Source of the DNA: Pristiophorus japonicus
Taxonomy: Eukaryota
Direction of reading: 5' to 3'
Length of the DNA stretch: 64,000 nt
NCBI RefSeq assembly: GCF_044704955.1
Contig: NW_027254201.1
Location: 5,332,001-5,396,000, forward strand
The notes under the pieces are model-generated. The model was not told where the DNA came from. It saw nothing but the letters and a program-made list of their open reading frames with translations, and did not search any database. Each line of letters starts with the position of its first letter. Within the stretch, counting starts at the first letter, position 1. This document shows, one piece after another, positions 35,281 through 50,600 of this stretch. A program made the translations under genes and the position numbers.

Positions 35281-38200
35281 GAAACATAGAAAGATAGAAA
35301 CATAGAATATAGGTGCAGGAGTCGGCCATTCGGCCCTTCTAGCCTACACCACCATTCAATAAGATCAAGGCTCATCATTCCCTCAGTAGCACTTTACTGC
35401 TTTCTCTCCATACCCCTTGAACCCCTTAACCATAAGGGCCATATCTAACTTGCTCTTGAATATATCCAATAAACTGGCATCAACAACTCTCTGCGGCAGG
35501 GAATTCCACAGATTAACAATATTCTGAATGAAGAAGTTTCTCCTCATCTCAGTCCTAAATGGTCTACCCCTTAACGTGAGACTGTGTCCCCTGGTTCTGA
35601 ACTTCCGCAGCATCAGGAAAATTCTTCCAGAATCTAACATTTCCCGTTCCGTCAGATTTATATTTGTTTCTAGGAGATCCCCTCTCATCGTTCTGAACTC
35701 CTCATATGTCAGTTCAGCCATTCCGGGATTCATTCTGGTGAACGTGCGCTGCACTCCCTCAATAGCAAGAATGTTTTTCCTCAGATTAGGAGACCAAAAC
35801 TGAACACAATATTCCAGGTGAGGCCCCACCAAGACCCTGTACAACTGCAGTAAGACCTCCGTTCTCCAATACTCAAATTCCCTAGCTATGAAGGCCAAAA
35901 TACCATTTTGCTTCTTCACCGCCTGCTGTACCTGTATGCCAAATTTCAATGCCTGATGAAATAGGACACCAAGGTATCGTTACACCACTACTTTTTTAAT
36001 CTGCCGCCATTCAGCTAATATTCTGTCTTCGCGTTTTTGCCCGCAAAGTGGATAACCTCACATTTATCTACATTATACTGCATCTGCCATGCATTTTTCC
36101 TTTCACCGAACCTGTCCAAATCACCCTGCAGCCTCATAGCGTCCCCTCATAGCTCACACCACCGCCCAGTTTAGTGTAATCTGCAAACTTTGAGATATTA
36201 CACTCATTTCCTTGATCTAAATCATTTATTTACATTGCAAAGAGCTGGGGTCTCAGCACTGAGCCCTGCAGGCACTCTACTAGTCACTACCTGCCATTCT
36301 GAAAAGGACCCGTTTATCCCGACTCTCTGCTTCCTGTCAGCCAACCAGTTCTGTATCCACCTCAGTACCTTACCATCAATATCATGTGCTTTGATTTTGC
36401 ACACGAATCTCTCGGGTGAAAGCTTGTCAAAAGCCTATTGAAAGTCCAAATACACCACATCCACTGGTTCTCCCTTATCCCTTCTACAAGTTACATCCTC
36501 AAAAAATTCCTGAAGTTTTGTCAAGCATGCTTTCTGCTTGATAAATCCATGCTGACTTGGACCGTTCCTGTCACTTCTTTCCAAACACGCTGCTATTTAA
36601 TCCTTAATAATTGATTGCAACATTTTCCCCATTACTGATGTCAGGCCAACCAGTCTATAATTACCCGCTTTCGCTCTCCCTTCCTTTTTAAAAAGTGATG
36701 CCTGATTAGCTACCCTCCAGTCCAAAGGAACTGATCCAGAGTGGAACGACTGTTAGAAAATGGTCAGCAATGCATCCACTATTTCTCGGGCCACTTGCTT
36801 AAGTACTCTGGGATGCAGACTATCAGGGCACGGGAATTTATCGCCTTCAAACCCATCAATTTTCCAAACAAAGTTTCCCACCTTATAAATTTATCCTTCA
36901 GTTCCTCCTTCTCACTAGACCCTCGGTCACCTTGTACTTCGGGAAGGTTATGTGTGACTTCCTTCGTGAAGGCAACAACAATGTATTTGTTCCATTGGTC
37001 TGCCATTCCCTTGTTCCCCATTTTCAATTCAGCTAAATCTGACTGCAATGGACCTACGTTTGGCTTCACTAATCTTTTTCTCTTCACTAAACGATAGAAT
37101 TTTTTGCAGTCAGTTTTTAAGTTCTCGGCAAGCTTATTCTTGTATTCTATTTTACCCCTCTTAATTCAAACCTTTGTCCTCCTCTGCTGAATTCTAAATT
37201 TCTGCCACATCTGAGGTTTGCTTCTTTATCTGGCCAATTTATATGCCTCTTCTTTGGATTGAACACTATCCTTAATTTCCCTTGTTTACCACGGTCGAGC
37301 CAACTTCACGTTTTATTTTTACTCCAGGCAGGTATGTACAATTGCTGATGTTCATACATGTGATCTTCAAATGATTGTCATTGCCTATCTACCGTCAGCC
37401 CTTTAAGTATCATTTTCCAATCTATTCTTGCCAAATCACGCCTCAAACCATCGAAGTTTTTACTTTCTTTAAATTCAGAAGCCTAGTTTCTGAATTAACT
37501 GTGTCACTCTCCATCTTAATAACGAATATTACCATGTTATGGTCACTCTTCCCCAAGGGGTCTCGCATAATAAGATTGATAATTATTCCTTCTCCTTACT
37601 CCTCACCCAGTCTCGAATGGCCAGCTCCTTAGTTGGTTCCTCGAGATACTGTTCTAGGAAACCATCTTTAATAAACTCGAAATCCTCCTCCACCGCATTG
37701 CTACCAGTTTGGTTAGCCCAATCAATATGTAGATTAAAGTCACCCATGATAACTGCTGTACCTTTATTGCATGCATCCCTAATACCTTTTTTGATGCTGT
37801 CCACAAACTCACAACTACTGTTTGTTGGTCTGTAAACAACTCCCACTAGCGTTTTCTGCACTTAGGTAATTCTTAGCTCCACCCATACCGATCTCACATC
37901 ATCCAAGCTAATGTCCTTTCTTCCTATTGCATTAATTTCCTCTTAAATCAGCAATGCCACCTCGTCTCCTTTATCTTACCTTCTCTCCTTCCTAAATGTT
38001 CAATACCCCTGGATTTTGAGTTCCCAGCCTTGGTCACACTGAACCCATGTCTACGTGATGCCAATTATATCATACCGGTTAACTGCTATCTGCACAGTTA
38101 ATTCGTCCACTTTATTCTGAATGCTCCTCGTATTGAGGCAGAGAGCCTTCAGGCTTGTCTTTCAAACATACATTGCCCCTTTAGAATTTCGCTGTAATGT

Positions 38201-38578
38201 GGCCCCTTTTGCTTTTTGTCTTCGGTTTCTCTGCCCTCCACTTTTACTTTTCTTCTATCCACCGTTTGATTCTGCTCCCATTGTACGTCCCTCTGTCTCC
38301 CTGCATAGGTTCCCATCTCCCTGCCACATTAGTTTAATTCCTCCCCAACAGCACTAGCAAACACTCCCCCGAGGACATTGGTTCCGATCCTGCCCAGGTG
38401 CAGACCGTCCGGTTTGTACTGGTCCCAGCTCCCCCAGAACCGGTTCCAATGTCCAAGGAATTTGAATCCCTCCCTGCTGTACCACTCCTCAAGCCACGTA
38501 TTCATCTGAGTGATCCTGCGAATCCTACTCTGAATGGCAGGTAGCACTGGTAACACTCCTGAGATTACTGCTTTTGAG
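35281..38578 (-). mobile_element. Long CR1 LINE (ORF1 esterase end, ORF2 endonuclease and RT, 3' tail), decayed; 5' part abuts the satellite
   Basis: Tail gaaacatagaaagatagaaacatag; LLQLYRVLVGPHLEYCVQFWSP; WIQNWLADRKQRVGING; GVVYRP..IMGDFN; VISGVLPV..MNTWLEEW..EGFKFLGHW..DGLHL. Confidence 0.95.
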
Positions 38579-38610
38579 CAACAATAACTGTCTGAAATCT
38601 TGAAGTGTAA

Positions 38611-41600
38611 ACCATCAACCCCAAACTGACCAATCACATCAAATTGACCCATCAGCTACAAACTGACAGGTCCCCCCCAACTGCCCCATCACCACAAACT
38701 GCCGCTTTGCCCCAAACAGAGCCTTCACCCCAAATTGACATATCACCAAAAACTGCGCCATCATACAAAACTGACCCATCACACCAAACTAACGCATCAC
38801 CCCAAAATGTCTCATCAACAAAAACTGACCCATCATCCCAAAATGACACATCACCCCAAATTGACCCATCACACTAAATTGACCCAACACCCACAAATTA
38901 ACTCCTCATCAAAAACTTACTCATCACCCGAAACTGACCCATCACCCCAAACGGACCCATCACCTTAAACTGACCCATCACCCACAAATTGACAATTCAC
39001 CCACAAACAGATCCATTACAAAACTTGATCCATCATCCCAAACTGATCGATTACACACAAACTGACCCATCACACCAAACTGACCCATAACCTAAACTGA
39101 CCCATTTCCCCCAAACTGAACCATCACCACAAACTGAGCGATCACACACAAACTGACCCATCATCAACAAATTGACCTATCACACCAAACTGACCCAACA
39201 TCCCAAACTGACCCATCACCCACAAACTGACCCATCACCCGAAAATGACCCATCAACCCCAAACTGATGCATCACCCCAAAGTGACCAATCAGCTACAAA
39301 TTGACCCGTCACCCCAAACTGCCCCATCACCACAAACTGCCCCATTAACCCAAACAGACCCTTCACCCCAAACTGACACACCACCAAAACCTGCGCCATG
39401 ATAAAAAAAACTGATCCATCACTCCAAACTCACCCATCACCCACAAACTGACACATCACCCCAAACTGAAACATCACCCCCAACTGACTAATCACCGAAA
39501 ACTGACCCATAAACTAAATTGACCCATTTTCCCCAAACTGACCCATCATGCCAAGCTGAGCGATCAAACACAAACTGACCCATCACCAACAAACTGACCC
39601 ATCACGCAAAACTGACCCGTCACCGAAACTGACCCATCAGCCCCAAACTGACCCATCACCCACAAACTAACCCATCAACTACAAACTGACCCATCACCCC
39701 AAACTGACCGATCACCCACAAACTGACCCATCACGCACACAATGATCCGTCATCCCAAACTGACCTATCACACCAAACAGAACCAACACCCCAAACTGAC
39801 CCATCACCCACAAACTGAGGCATCACCCGAAAAAGACCCATCACCCCCAAAATGATCCATCACCCCAAACTTACCCATCACTAATTCTGACCCGTCACCC
39901 CAAACTGCAGCATCACCACAAATTGCCCCATTACCCCAAACAGACCCCTCACCCCAAACTGACACATCACCAAACACTGCGCCATTATACAAAACTGACC
40001 CATCACCACAAACTCACCCATCAGCCACGAACTGAAACATTACCACAAACTGACCAATCACCCCAAACTGACACATCACCAAAAACTGACCCAGCATCCC
40101 AAACTGACACATCACCCCAAATTGACCCATCACCCTTAACTGACCCAACACCCACAAATTGACCCCTCACCAAAAACTGACTCATCACCCGAAACTGACC
40201 CATCACCCCAAACTGATGCATCACCCACAAACTGACCCATCACACCAATCTGACCCATCACCCTAAACTGACCCATCACCCGAAAAGGATCCAACACCCC
40301 AAACTGAACCAACACACCAAACTGATACATCACCCCAAATTGACTCCTCGCCAGAAAATGATTCATCACACCAAAATGACACATCACCCCAACTGACGCA
40401 TCACCCACAAACTTAATCATCACCCCAAACAGATTCATCACTCCAAACTGAACCATCATCCCAAACTGACCCATCACCCGAAACTGACTCATCACCCCAA
40501 AATGACCCACAACCAGAGATTGACTCATGACCAAAAACCGACCCATTACACCAAACTGACTCATCACTACAATCTGACCCATTACCACAAACTGACCCAT
40601 CACCTCAAACTGACTCATTACCCCAAACTGACCCAGCACCCCAAATTGACCCATCACTCCAAACTGACTCATCACCTCAAACTGACACATCGCCCCAAAC
40701 TGAGCAATCACCCCAAACTGACGCATCACCCACAAACTAATCCATCACCCATATATGACCCATCACCATAAACTGACCCATCAGCCGTAACTGACCCGAC
40801 ACCCCAAACTGAACCATCACTCCAAACTAACTCATCCTCCGAAACTGACCAATGACCCCAATCTGAACCATCAACGCAAACTGACCCATCACCCCAAAAT
40901 GTCATATCGCCCGAAATATAATCATCACCCCAAATTGATTCATCACTCCAAACTGACTCATCGCCCCAAACTGACCCATCACCCCAAACTGACCCATCAG
41001 CTACAAACTGACACGTCACGCCAAACTGCCCCATCACCACAAACTGCCCCATTACCACAAACAGACCCTTCACTCCAAACTGACAAATCACCAAAAACTG
41101 CGCCATCATACAAAACTGACCGATCACCCCAAACGGACCCATCACCCACAAACTGAAACATCACCCCAAACTGATCCATCACCCCCAAGTGACTCATCAC
41201 CTAAAACTGACTCATAAACTAAACTGACCCATTTCCCCCAAACTGACCATCACGCCAAACTGATCGAGCACACACAAACTGACCCATCACCAACAAACTG
41301 ACCCATCACGCTTTACTGACCCATCACAGAAACTGACCCATCAGCCCCAAACTGAACCATCACCCACAAACTAACCCATCAATCACAAACTGACCCATCA
41401 ACACAAACTGAGCAATCACACCAAACTGACCCATCACCCAAACCGACCCATCACCCCCAAACAGACCCATCACCCTAAACTGACCCAGCAGTCAAAAACT
41501 GACCCATCACGTACAAACTAATCCATCATCCCAAACTGACCTATCACACCAAACTGACACAACACCCCAAACTGACCCATCACCCACAAACTGATCCATC

Positions 41601-44600
41601 ACCCCAATCTGACCCATCGCCATAAACTGACCCATCACCCGAAAAGGACTCAAGACCCCGAACTGAAACATCACCCCAAACTGATTCATCACCTCAAACT
41701 GACTCATCGCCCCAAACTGACTCATCACCCCAAACTGACACATTACCCCAAACTGACGCATCACCCACAAACTGATTCATCACCCCATACAGACTCATCA
41801 CTCCAAACTGACGCATCACCCCAAACTGACCCATCATCCCAAACTGACCCATCACCCCAAACTGACTCAACACCCCAAACTGAAGCACCACCAGAGACTG
41901 ACTCATGACCAAAAACTGACCCATTATACCAAACTGATTCATCACTACAATCTGACCCATTACCACAAACTGAGTCATCTCCTCAAACTGACTCATTACC
42001 CCAAACTGACCGATTATCCCACATTGACCCATCAGCCCCAAACTGACCCATCACCCACAAACTAACCCATCAATCACAAACTGACCCATCATCCCAAACT
42101 GACCAATCACACCAAACTGACCCATCACCCAAACCGACCCATCACCCCCAAACAGACCCATCACCTTAAACCGACCCAGCAGCCAAAAACTGACCCATCA
42201 CGTACAAATTAATCCATCATCCCAAACTGACCTATCACACCAAACTCACACAACACCCCAAACTGACCCATCACCCACAAACTGACCCATCACCCCAATC
42301 TGACCCATCGCCATAAAGTGACCCATCACCCGAAAAGGACTCAAGACCCCAAACTGAACCATCACCCCAAACTGATTCATCACCTCAAACTGACTCATCG
42401 CCCCAAACTGACTCATCACCCCAAACTGACACATTACCCCAAATTGAAGCATCACCCAAAAACTGATTCATCACCCCATACAGACTCATCACTCCAAACT
42501 GACGCATCACCCCAAACTGACCCATCACCCCAAACTGAGCCATTATACCAAACTGATTCATCACTACAATCTGACCCATTACCACAAACTGAGTCATCTC
42601 CTCAAACTGACTCATTACCCCAAACTGACCCATTATCCCACATTGACCCATCACCCCAATCTGACTCATCACCCCAAACTGAATCATCACCACAAATTAA
42701 CCCATCACCCCAAACTGACTCATCACCAAAAACAGACCCATCATCCCAAACTGACTCATCACTCCAAACTGACTCATCCCCCGAAACTGACCAATGACCC
42801 CAATCTGACCCATCACCCCAAACTGACCCATCTACTCAAAATGACATATCGCCGGAAATTTACTCATCACACCAAATTGACTCATCACCCCAAACTGAGC
42901 AATCACCCCAAACTGACGCATCACCAACAAACTGAACCATCACCCCAATATGACCCATCAACCTAAACTGACCCATCAGCCGTAACTGACCCGACACCAC
43001 AAACTGAACCATCACCCCAAACTGATTCATCGCCCCAAATTGACGCATCACCCCAAACTGACTCATCACCCAAATTGAATCATCACCCAAAACTGATTCA
43101 TCAACACAAACTAACCCATCGCCCCAATCTGACGCATCTCCCCCAAACTGACTCATCACCCCAAACTATTGCATCACCCACAAACTGACACATCACCCAA
43201 AACTGACCCATCAGCCCAAACTGACCCATCACCCCAATCTGAACCATCACCCCAAAGTGAAACATCAACACAAAGTGAAACATAACCTCAAACTGACCAA
43301 TAACCACAAACTGACATATCACCAAAAACAGACCCATCATCCCAAACTGACTCATCACCCGAAACTGACCAATGACCCCAAACTGACGAATCACCCACAA
43401 ACTGACCCATCACCCCAAACTGACGCACCACCAGAGACTGACTCATGACCAAAAACTGACCCATTACAGCAAACTGACTCATCACTCCAATCTATCCCAT
43501 TACCCCAAACAGACCCATCACCTCAAACTGACGCATTACCCCAACATGACCCATCACCACAAATTGACCCATCGCCCTAAACTGACTTATCACTCTAAAC
43601 TGACACATCGCCCCAAACTGAAGCATCATCCCAAACTTACTCATCACCCCAAACTGACTTATCACCCCAAACTGACACATCGCCCCAAACTGACGCATCA
43701 CCCCAAACTGACTCATCACCCGAAACTGATTCATCACCACAAATTAACCCATCACCCCAAACTGACTCATCACCAAAAACAGACCCATCATCCCAAACTG
43801 ACTCACCACTCAAAACTGATTCACCCGCGAAACTGAACAATTATCCCAATATGACCCATCACCACAAACTGAACAATCACCCCAACCTGACTCATCGCCC
43901 GAAATATACTCATCACCCCAAATTGACGCATCACCACAAACTGTCCAATCACCCAATCTGACGCATCACCCACAAACTGACCCATCACCCCAATCTGACC
44001 CATCACCCTAAACTGGCCCATCACCCGAAAATGACCCATCACCCGAAATTGACCCAACACCCCAAACTGAACCATCACCCCAAGCTGATTCATCACCCAA
44101 ACTGACTCATGACCAAAAACTGACCCATTAACCCAAACTGACACATCTCCCCAAACTGACGCATCAACCCAAACTGACTCATCACCCCAAACTGACTCAT
44201 CACCAAAAACAGACCCATCATCCCAAAATGACTCATCACTCTAAACTGACTCATCTCCCGAAACTGACCAACGACCCCAATCTGACCAATCATCCCAAAT
44301 TGACCCATCACCCCAAACGGACCAATCACCCCAAACTGACGAATCACCCACAAACTGACCCATCATCCCAATCTGTTCCATCACCCTAAACAGACCCATT
44401 ACCCGAAATTACCCAACACTCCAAACTGACGCATCACCCCAAACTGACTCATCACCCCAATTTGAATCATCACCCCAAACTGATTCATCAACACAAACTA
44501 ACCCATCGCCACTAACTAACGCATCACCCACAAACTGACTCATCACCCCAAATTGACCCATCACCCCAAACTGACTCATCACCCACAAACTGACTCATCA

Positions 44601-47600
44601 GCAAAAAATGACCTCCCATCCCAAATTGACTAATCGCCCCAAATTGACTCATCACCAAAAACAGATCCATCATCCCAAATTGACTCTTCACCACAAACTG
44701 ATTCATCACCACAAACTAACCCATCACCCAAAATTGACGCATCACCGACAAACTGATTCCTCACTGAAACTGACCCATCACCCCAAACTGACCCATCACC
44801 GCACACTGACCCGTCAATCCAAATTGGCTCATCACCCCAACCTGACCAATCACTCCAAACTGATGCATCACCAAAAAACTGACCCATCACCCCAATCTGA
44901 CCCATCACCCTAAACTGACCTATCACCCCACACTGTCCCGTCACCACAAACTGACCCATCAATCCAAACTGACTCATCGCCCGAAATATACTCATCACCC
45001 CAAATTGACCCATCACCCCAAACTGACTCATCAACCACAAACTGACTCACTTGCAAAAAATGACCTATCATCCCAAATTGACTAATCGCCCCAAATTGAC
45101 TCATCACGAAAAACAGCTCCATCATCCCAAATTGACTCATCACCCCAAACTGATTCATCACCACAATCTAACCCGTCACCCAAAACTTACGCATCACTGA
45201 CAAACTGATTCATCACTCCAAACTGACCCATCAATCCAAATTGACTCATCACCCCAAACTGACCAATCACTCCAAACTGGCGCATCACCCAAAAACTGAC
45301 CCTTCACCCCAATCTGACCCATCACCCTAAACTGACCCATCACCCCACATTGTCCCAAAAATTGACCCATTACCCCAAACTGACTCATCGCCCGAAATAA
45401 ACTCATCACCCCAAATTGACCAATCATCCCAAACTGACTTATCACCCACAAACTGAATCATCAGCAAAAAATGACCGAACATCCCAAATTGACTAATCGC
45501 CCCAAATTGACACATCACCAAAAACAGATCCATCATCCCAAATTGACTCATCACCCCAAACTGAATCATCACCATAAACTAACCCATCACCCAAAACTGA
45601 CGCATCACCGAAAAACTGACTCATCACTCCAAACTAACCCATCACCCCAAACTGACCCATCACGCCACACTGACCCATCAATCCAAATTGACTCATCACC
45701 CCAAACAGACCAATCACTCCAAACTGACGCATCACCCACAAACTGACCCATCACCCCAATCAGACCCATCACCCGAAAATGTCCCATCACACGAAACCGA
45801 CGCAACACCCTAAACTGAACTATCACCCCAAACTGATTCATCATTCCAAACTGACTCATGACCAATAACTGAACCATTGCACCAAATTGACACATCTCTA
45901 CAATGTGACCCATTACCCCAAACTGACCCATCACCTCAAACTGACTCATTACTCCAAAGTGAGCCATCACCCCGAATTGACCCATCACCCAAACTGACAC
46001 ATCACCCCAAACTGACACATCGCCCCAAACTGACGCATCGCCCCAAACTGACGCATCGCCCCAAACTGACTCATCACCCCAAACTGATTCATCACCACAA
46101 ATTAACCCATCATCCCAAACTGACTCCTCACTCCAAACTGACTCATCCCCCGAAACTGACCAATGACCCCAATCTGACCCATCATCTCAAATTGACCGAA
46201 CACCCCAAAGTGACTCATCGCCAGAAAAATACTCATCAACCCAAATTGACTCATCACACCAAACTGACTCATCACCCACAAACTGACCCATCACCCCATA
46301 CTGGCCCATCACCTGAAAGTGACTCATCACCCAAAGCTGACCCATCACCACATACTGACCCATCACCCCAAATTGAACCGTCACCCCAAACTGATTCATC
46401 ACCCCAAACTGACGCATCGCTTCAAACTGACACATCACCCCAAACTGACCCATCACCCCAAACTGACGCATCATCCACAAACTGAACCATCATCCCAAAC
46501 TGACCCATCACCCCAAACTGCCTCATCACCCCAAACTGAAGCACCACCAGAGACTGACTCATGACCAAAAATTGACCCATTACACCAAACTGACTCATCA
46601 CTCTAATCTGACCCATTACCCCAAACTGACCCATCAACTCAAATTGACTCATTACCCCAAACTGATCCATCATCCCAAATTGACCCATCACCCTAAACTG
46701 ACCCATCGCCCCAAACTGAAGCATCACCCCAAACTGACTCATCACCCCAAACTGACTCATCACCCCAAACTGACTCATCACCCCAAACTGGCCCATCACC
46801 TGAAAGTGACTCATCACCCAAAGCTGACCCATCACCACATACTGACCCATCACCCCAAACTGAACCGTCACCCCAAACTGATTCATCACCCCAAACTGAC
46901 GCATCGCTTCAAACTGACACATCACCCCAAACTGACCCATCACCCCAAACTGACGCATCATCCACAAACTGAACCATCATCCCAAACTGACCCATCACCC
47001 CAAACTGCCTCATCACCCCAAACTGAAGCACCACCAGAGACTGACTCATGACCAAAAATTGACCCATTACACCAAACTGACTCATCACTATAATCTTACC
47101 CATTACCCCAAACTGACCCATCACCTCAAATTGTCTCATTACCCCAAACTGATCCATCACCCCAAATTGACCCATCACCCTAAACTGACTCATCACCCCA
47201 AACTGATTCATCACCACAAATTAACCCATCACCCCAAACTGACTCATCACCAAAAACAGACCCATCCTGCCAAACTGACTCAACACACAAAACTGACTCA
47301 TCCCCCGAAACTGACCAATGATCCCAATATGACCGATCACCACAAACTGACCCATCACCCCAAACTGACGCATCATCCACAAACTGAACCATCATCCCAA
47401 ACTGACCCATCACCCCAAACTGCCTCATCACCCCAAACTGAAGCACCACCAGAGACTGACTCATGACCAAAAATTGACCCATTACACCAAACTGACTCAT
47501 CACTATAATCTGACCCATTACCCCAAACTGACCCATCACCTCAAATTGACTCATTACCCCAAACTGATCCATCACCCCAAATTGACCAATCACCCTAAAC

Positions 47601-50600
47601 TGACTCATCACCCCAAACTGATTCATCACCACAAATTAACCCATCACCCCAAACTGACTCATCACCAAAAACAGACCCATCCTGCCAAACTGACTCATCA
47701 CACAAAACTGACTCATCCCCCGAAACTGACCAATGATCCCAATATGACCGATCACCACAAACTGACCAATCACACCACACTGGCTCATCGCCCGAAATCA
47801 ACTCATCACCCCAAATTGACACATCACACCAAACTGACCAATCACCCTAATCTGACGCATCACCCAAAAAACTGACCCATCACCCCAATCTGACCCGTCA
47901 CCCTAAACTGACCCATCACCCGAAAATTACCAATCACGCGAAATTGACCCAACATCCCAAAATGAACCATCACTCCAAACTGATTCATCACCCAAACTGA
48001 CTCATCGCCCCCAACTGACTCATCACCCCAAACTGACACATCACCCCAAACTGACGCATCAGCCACAAAATGATTCATCACCCCAAACAGACCCATCACT
48101 CCAAACTGACTCATCACCCCAAACTGACACACAACCATAAACTGACTCATGACCAAAAACTGACCCATTACAAGAAACTGAAACATCGCCCCAAACTGAA
48201 GCATCACCCCAAACTAACTCATCAGCCTAAACTGATTCATCACTACAAATTAACCCATCACAGCAAACTGACTCATCACCAAAAACAGACCCATCATCCC
48301 AAGCTGACTCATCACTCCAAACTGACACATCCCCCGAAACTGACCAATGATCCCAATCTGACAAATGATCCCAAATTGACCCATCATCCCAAACTGACTC
48401 ATCGCCCGAAATATACTCATCACTCCAAATTGATTCTTCACCCCAAACTGAACAATCACCCCAAACTGACGCATCACCACAAACTGACCCATCAACCCAA
48501 TCTGATCCATCACCCAAAACTGACCCATTACCCGAAACTGACCCAACACCCCAAACTGAATCATCACCCCAAATGGATTCATCAACACAAACTAACCCAT
48601 CGACCCTAACTGACGCATCACCCACAAACTGACTCATCACCCCAACTGACCCATCACACCAAACTGACTCATCGCCCGAAATATACTCATCAGCCAAAAT
48701 TGACCCATCACCCCAAACTGACTCATCACACACAAACTGACTCATCAGCAAAAAATGACCTACCATCCCAAATTGACTAATCGCCCCAAATTGACTCATC
48801 ACCAAAAACAGATCCATCATCCCAAATTGACCCATCACCCAAACTGAATCATTACCCCAAAGTGACACATCGCCACAAACTGACTCATGACCCCAAACTG
48901 ATTAATCACCACAAATTAACCCATCATCCCAATCTGACTCATCACTCCAAACTGACTCATCCCCCGAAACTGAACAATGACCCCAATCTGACCAATCATC
49001 CCAAATTGACCCAACACCCCAAACTGCCTCATCGCCCGAAATATACTCACCACCCATTATTGACTCATCACAACAAACTGAGTCATCACCCACAAACTAA
49101 CCAATCAACCCATACTGGCCCATCACCTGAAAGTGACCCATCACCCCAAAGTGACCCATCACCACAAACTGAACCATCACCCAAAACTGACTCATCATCA
49201 CAAACTGACCCATCACCCCAAACTGACGCATCACCCACAAACTGATTCTTCACGCCAAACAGACCCATCAATCCAAATTGACTCATCAACCCAAACTAAC
49301 CCATCATCCCAAACTGACCCATCACCCCAAACTGCCTCATCACACCAAACTGACGCACCACCAGAGATTGAATCATGACCAAAAACTGATCCATTACACC
49401 AAACAGACTTATCACTGCAATCTGACCCATTACCCGAAACTGACCCATCACCTCAAATTGACTCATTACCCCAAACTGACCCATCACCCCCAAATTGACC
49501 CATCACCCTAAACTGACTTATCACCCGAAACTGACTCATCGCCCCAAACTGAAGTATCACCCCAAACTGCCTCATCACCCCAAACTGACTCATCACCCCA
49601 AACTGACCAATCATCCAAACTGACGCATCACCCAAAAACTGACACATCACCCCAATCTGAACCACCACCATAATCTGACCCATCAGCCGACATTGTCCCA
49701 TCACCACAGACTGACCCATTACCCCAAACTGACTCATCACCGACAAACTGACTCATCACTCCAAACTGACCAATCACCCCAAACTGACCCATCACCACAC
49801 ACTGACTCATCACCCCAAACTGACACATCACCCCAAACTGACGCATCACCCCAAACTGACTCATCACAGCCAAACTGATTCATCACCACAAATTAACCCA
49901 TCACCCAAAACTGACTCATCACCAAAAACAGACCCATCATCCCAAACTGACTCATCACTCCAAACTGACTCATCCCCCGAAACTGACCAATGACCCCCAT
50001 CTGACCATCACCCCAAACTGACAAATCACCCCAAACTGACTCATCGCCCGAAATATACTCATCACCCCAAATTGAATCATCACCCTAAACTGACTCATCG
50101 CCCGAAATATACTCATCACCCCAAATTGAATCATCACCGCAAATTGAGCAATCACCCCAAACTGACGCATCACCCACAAACTGACCCATCACCCCAATGT
50201 GACCCATAACCCAAAACTGATTCATCAACACAAACTAACCCATCACCCGTAACTGACGCATCACCGACAAACTGACTCCGCACCCCAGCTGACCCATCAC
50301 CCCAAACTGACCCATCACCCCACACTGTACCATCACCACAAACTGACTCATCACACCAAACTGACCCATCAACCCAAATTGACCCATTAGCCATACTGAC
50401 CCATCACCCCAAACTGACCCATCACCCCAAAATGACCTATCACCCCAAACTTAACCATCACCCCAAACTAACTCATCACCCCAAATTGACTCATCACCCG
50501 AATCGAAACTATCACCCCAAAGTGACACATCACCCCAAACTGACCAATCACGCCAAACTGACTTATCAGCAAAAACAGTCCCATCATCCCAAACTGACTC

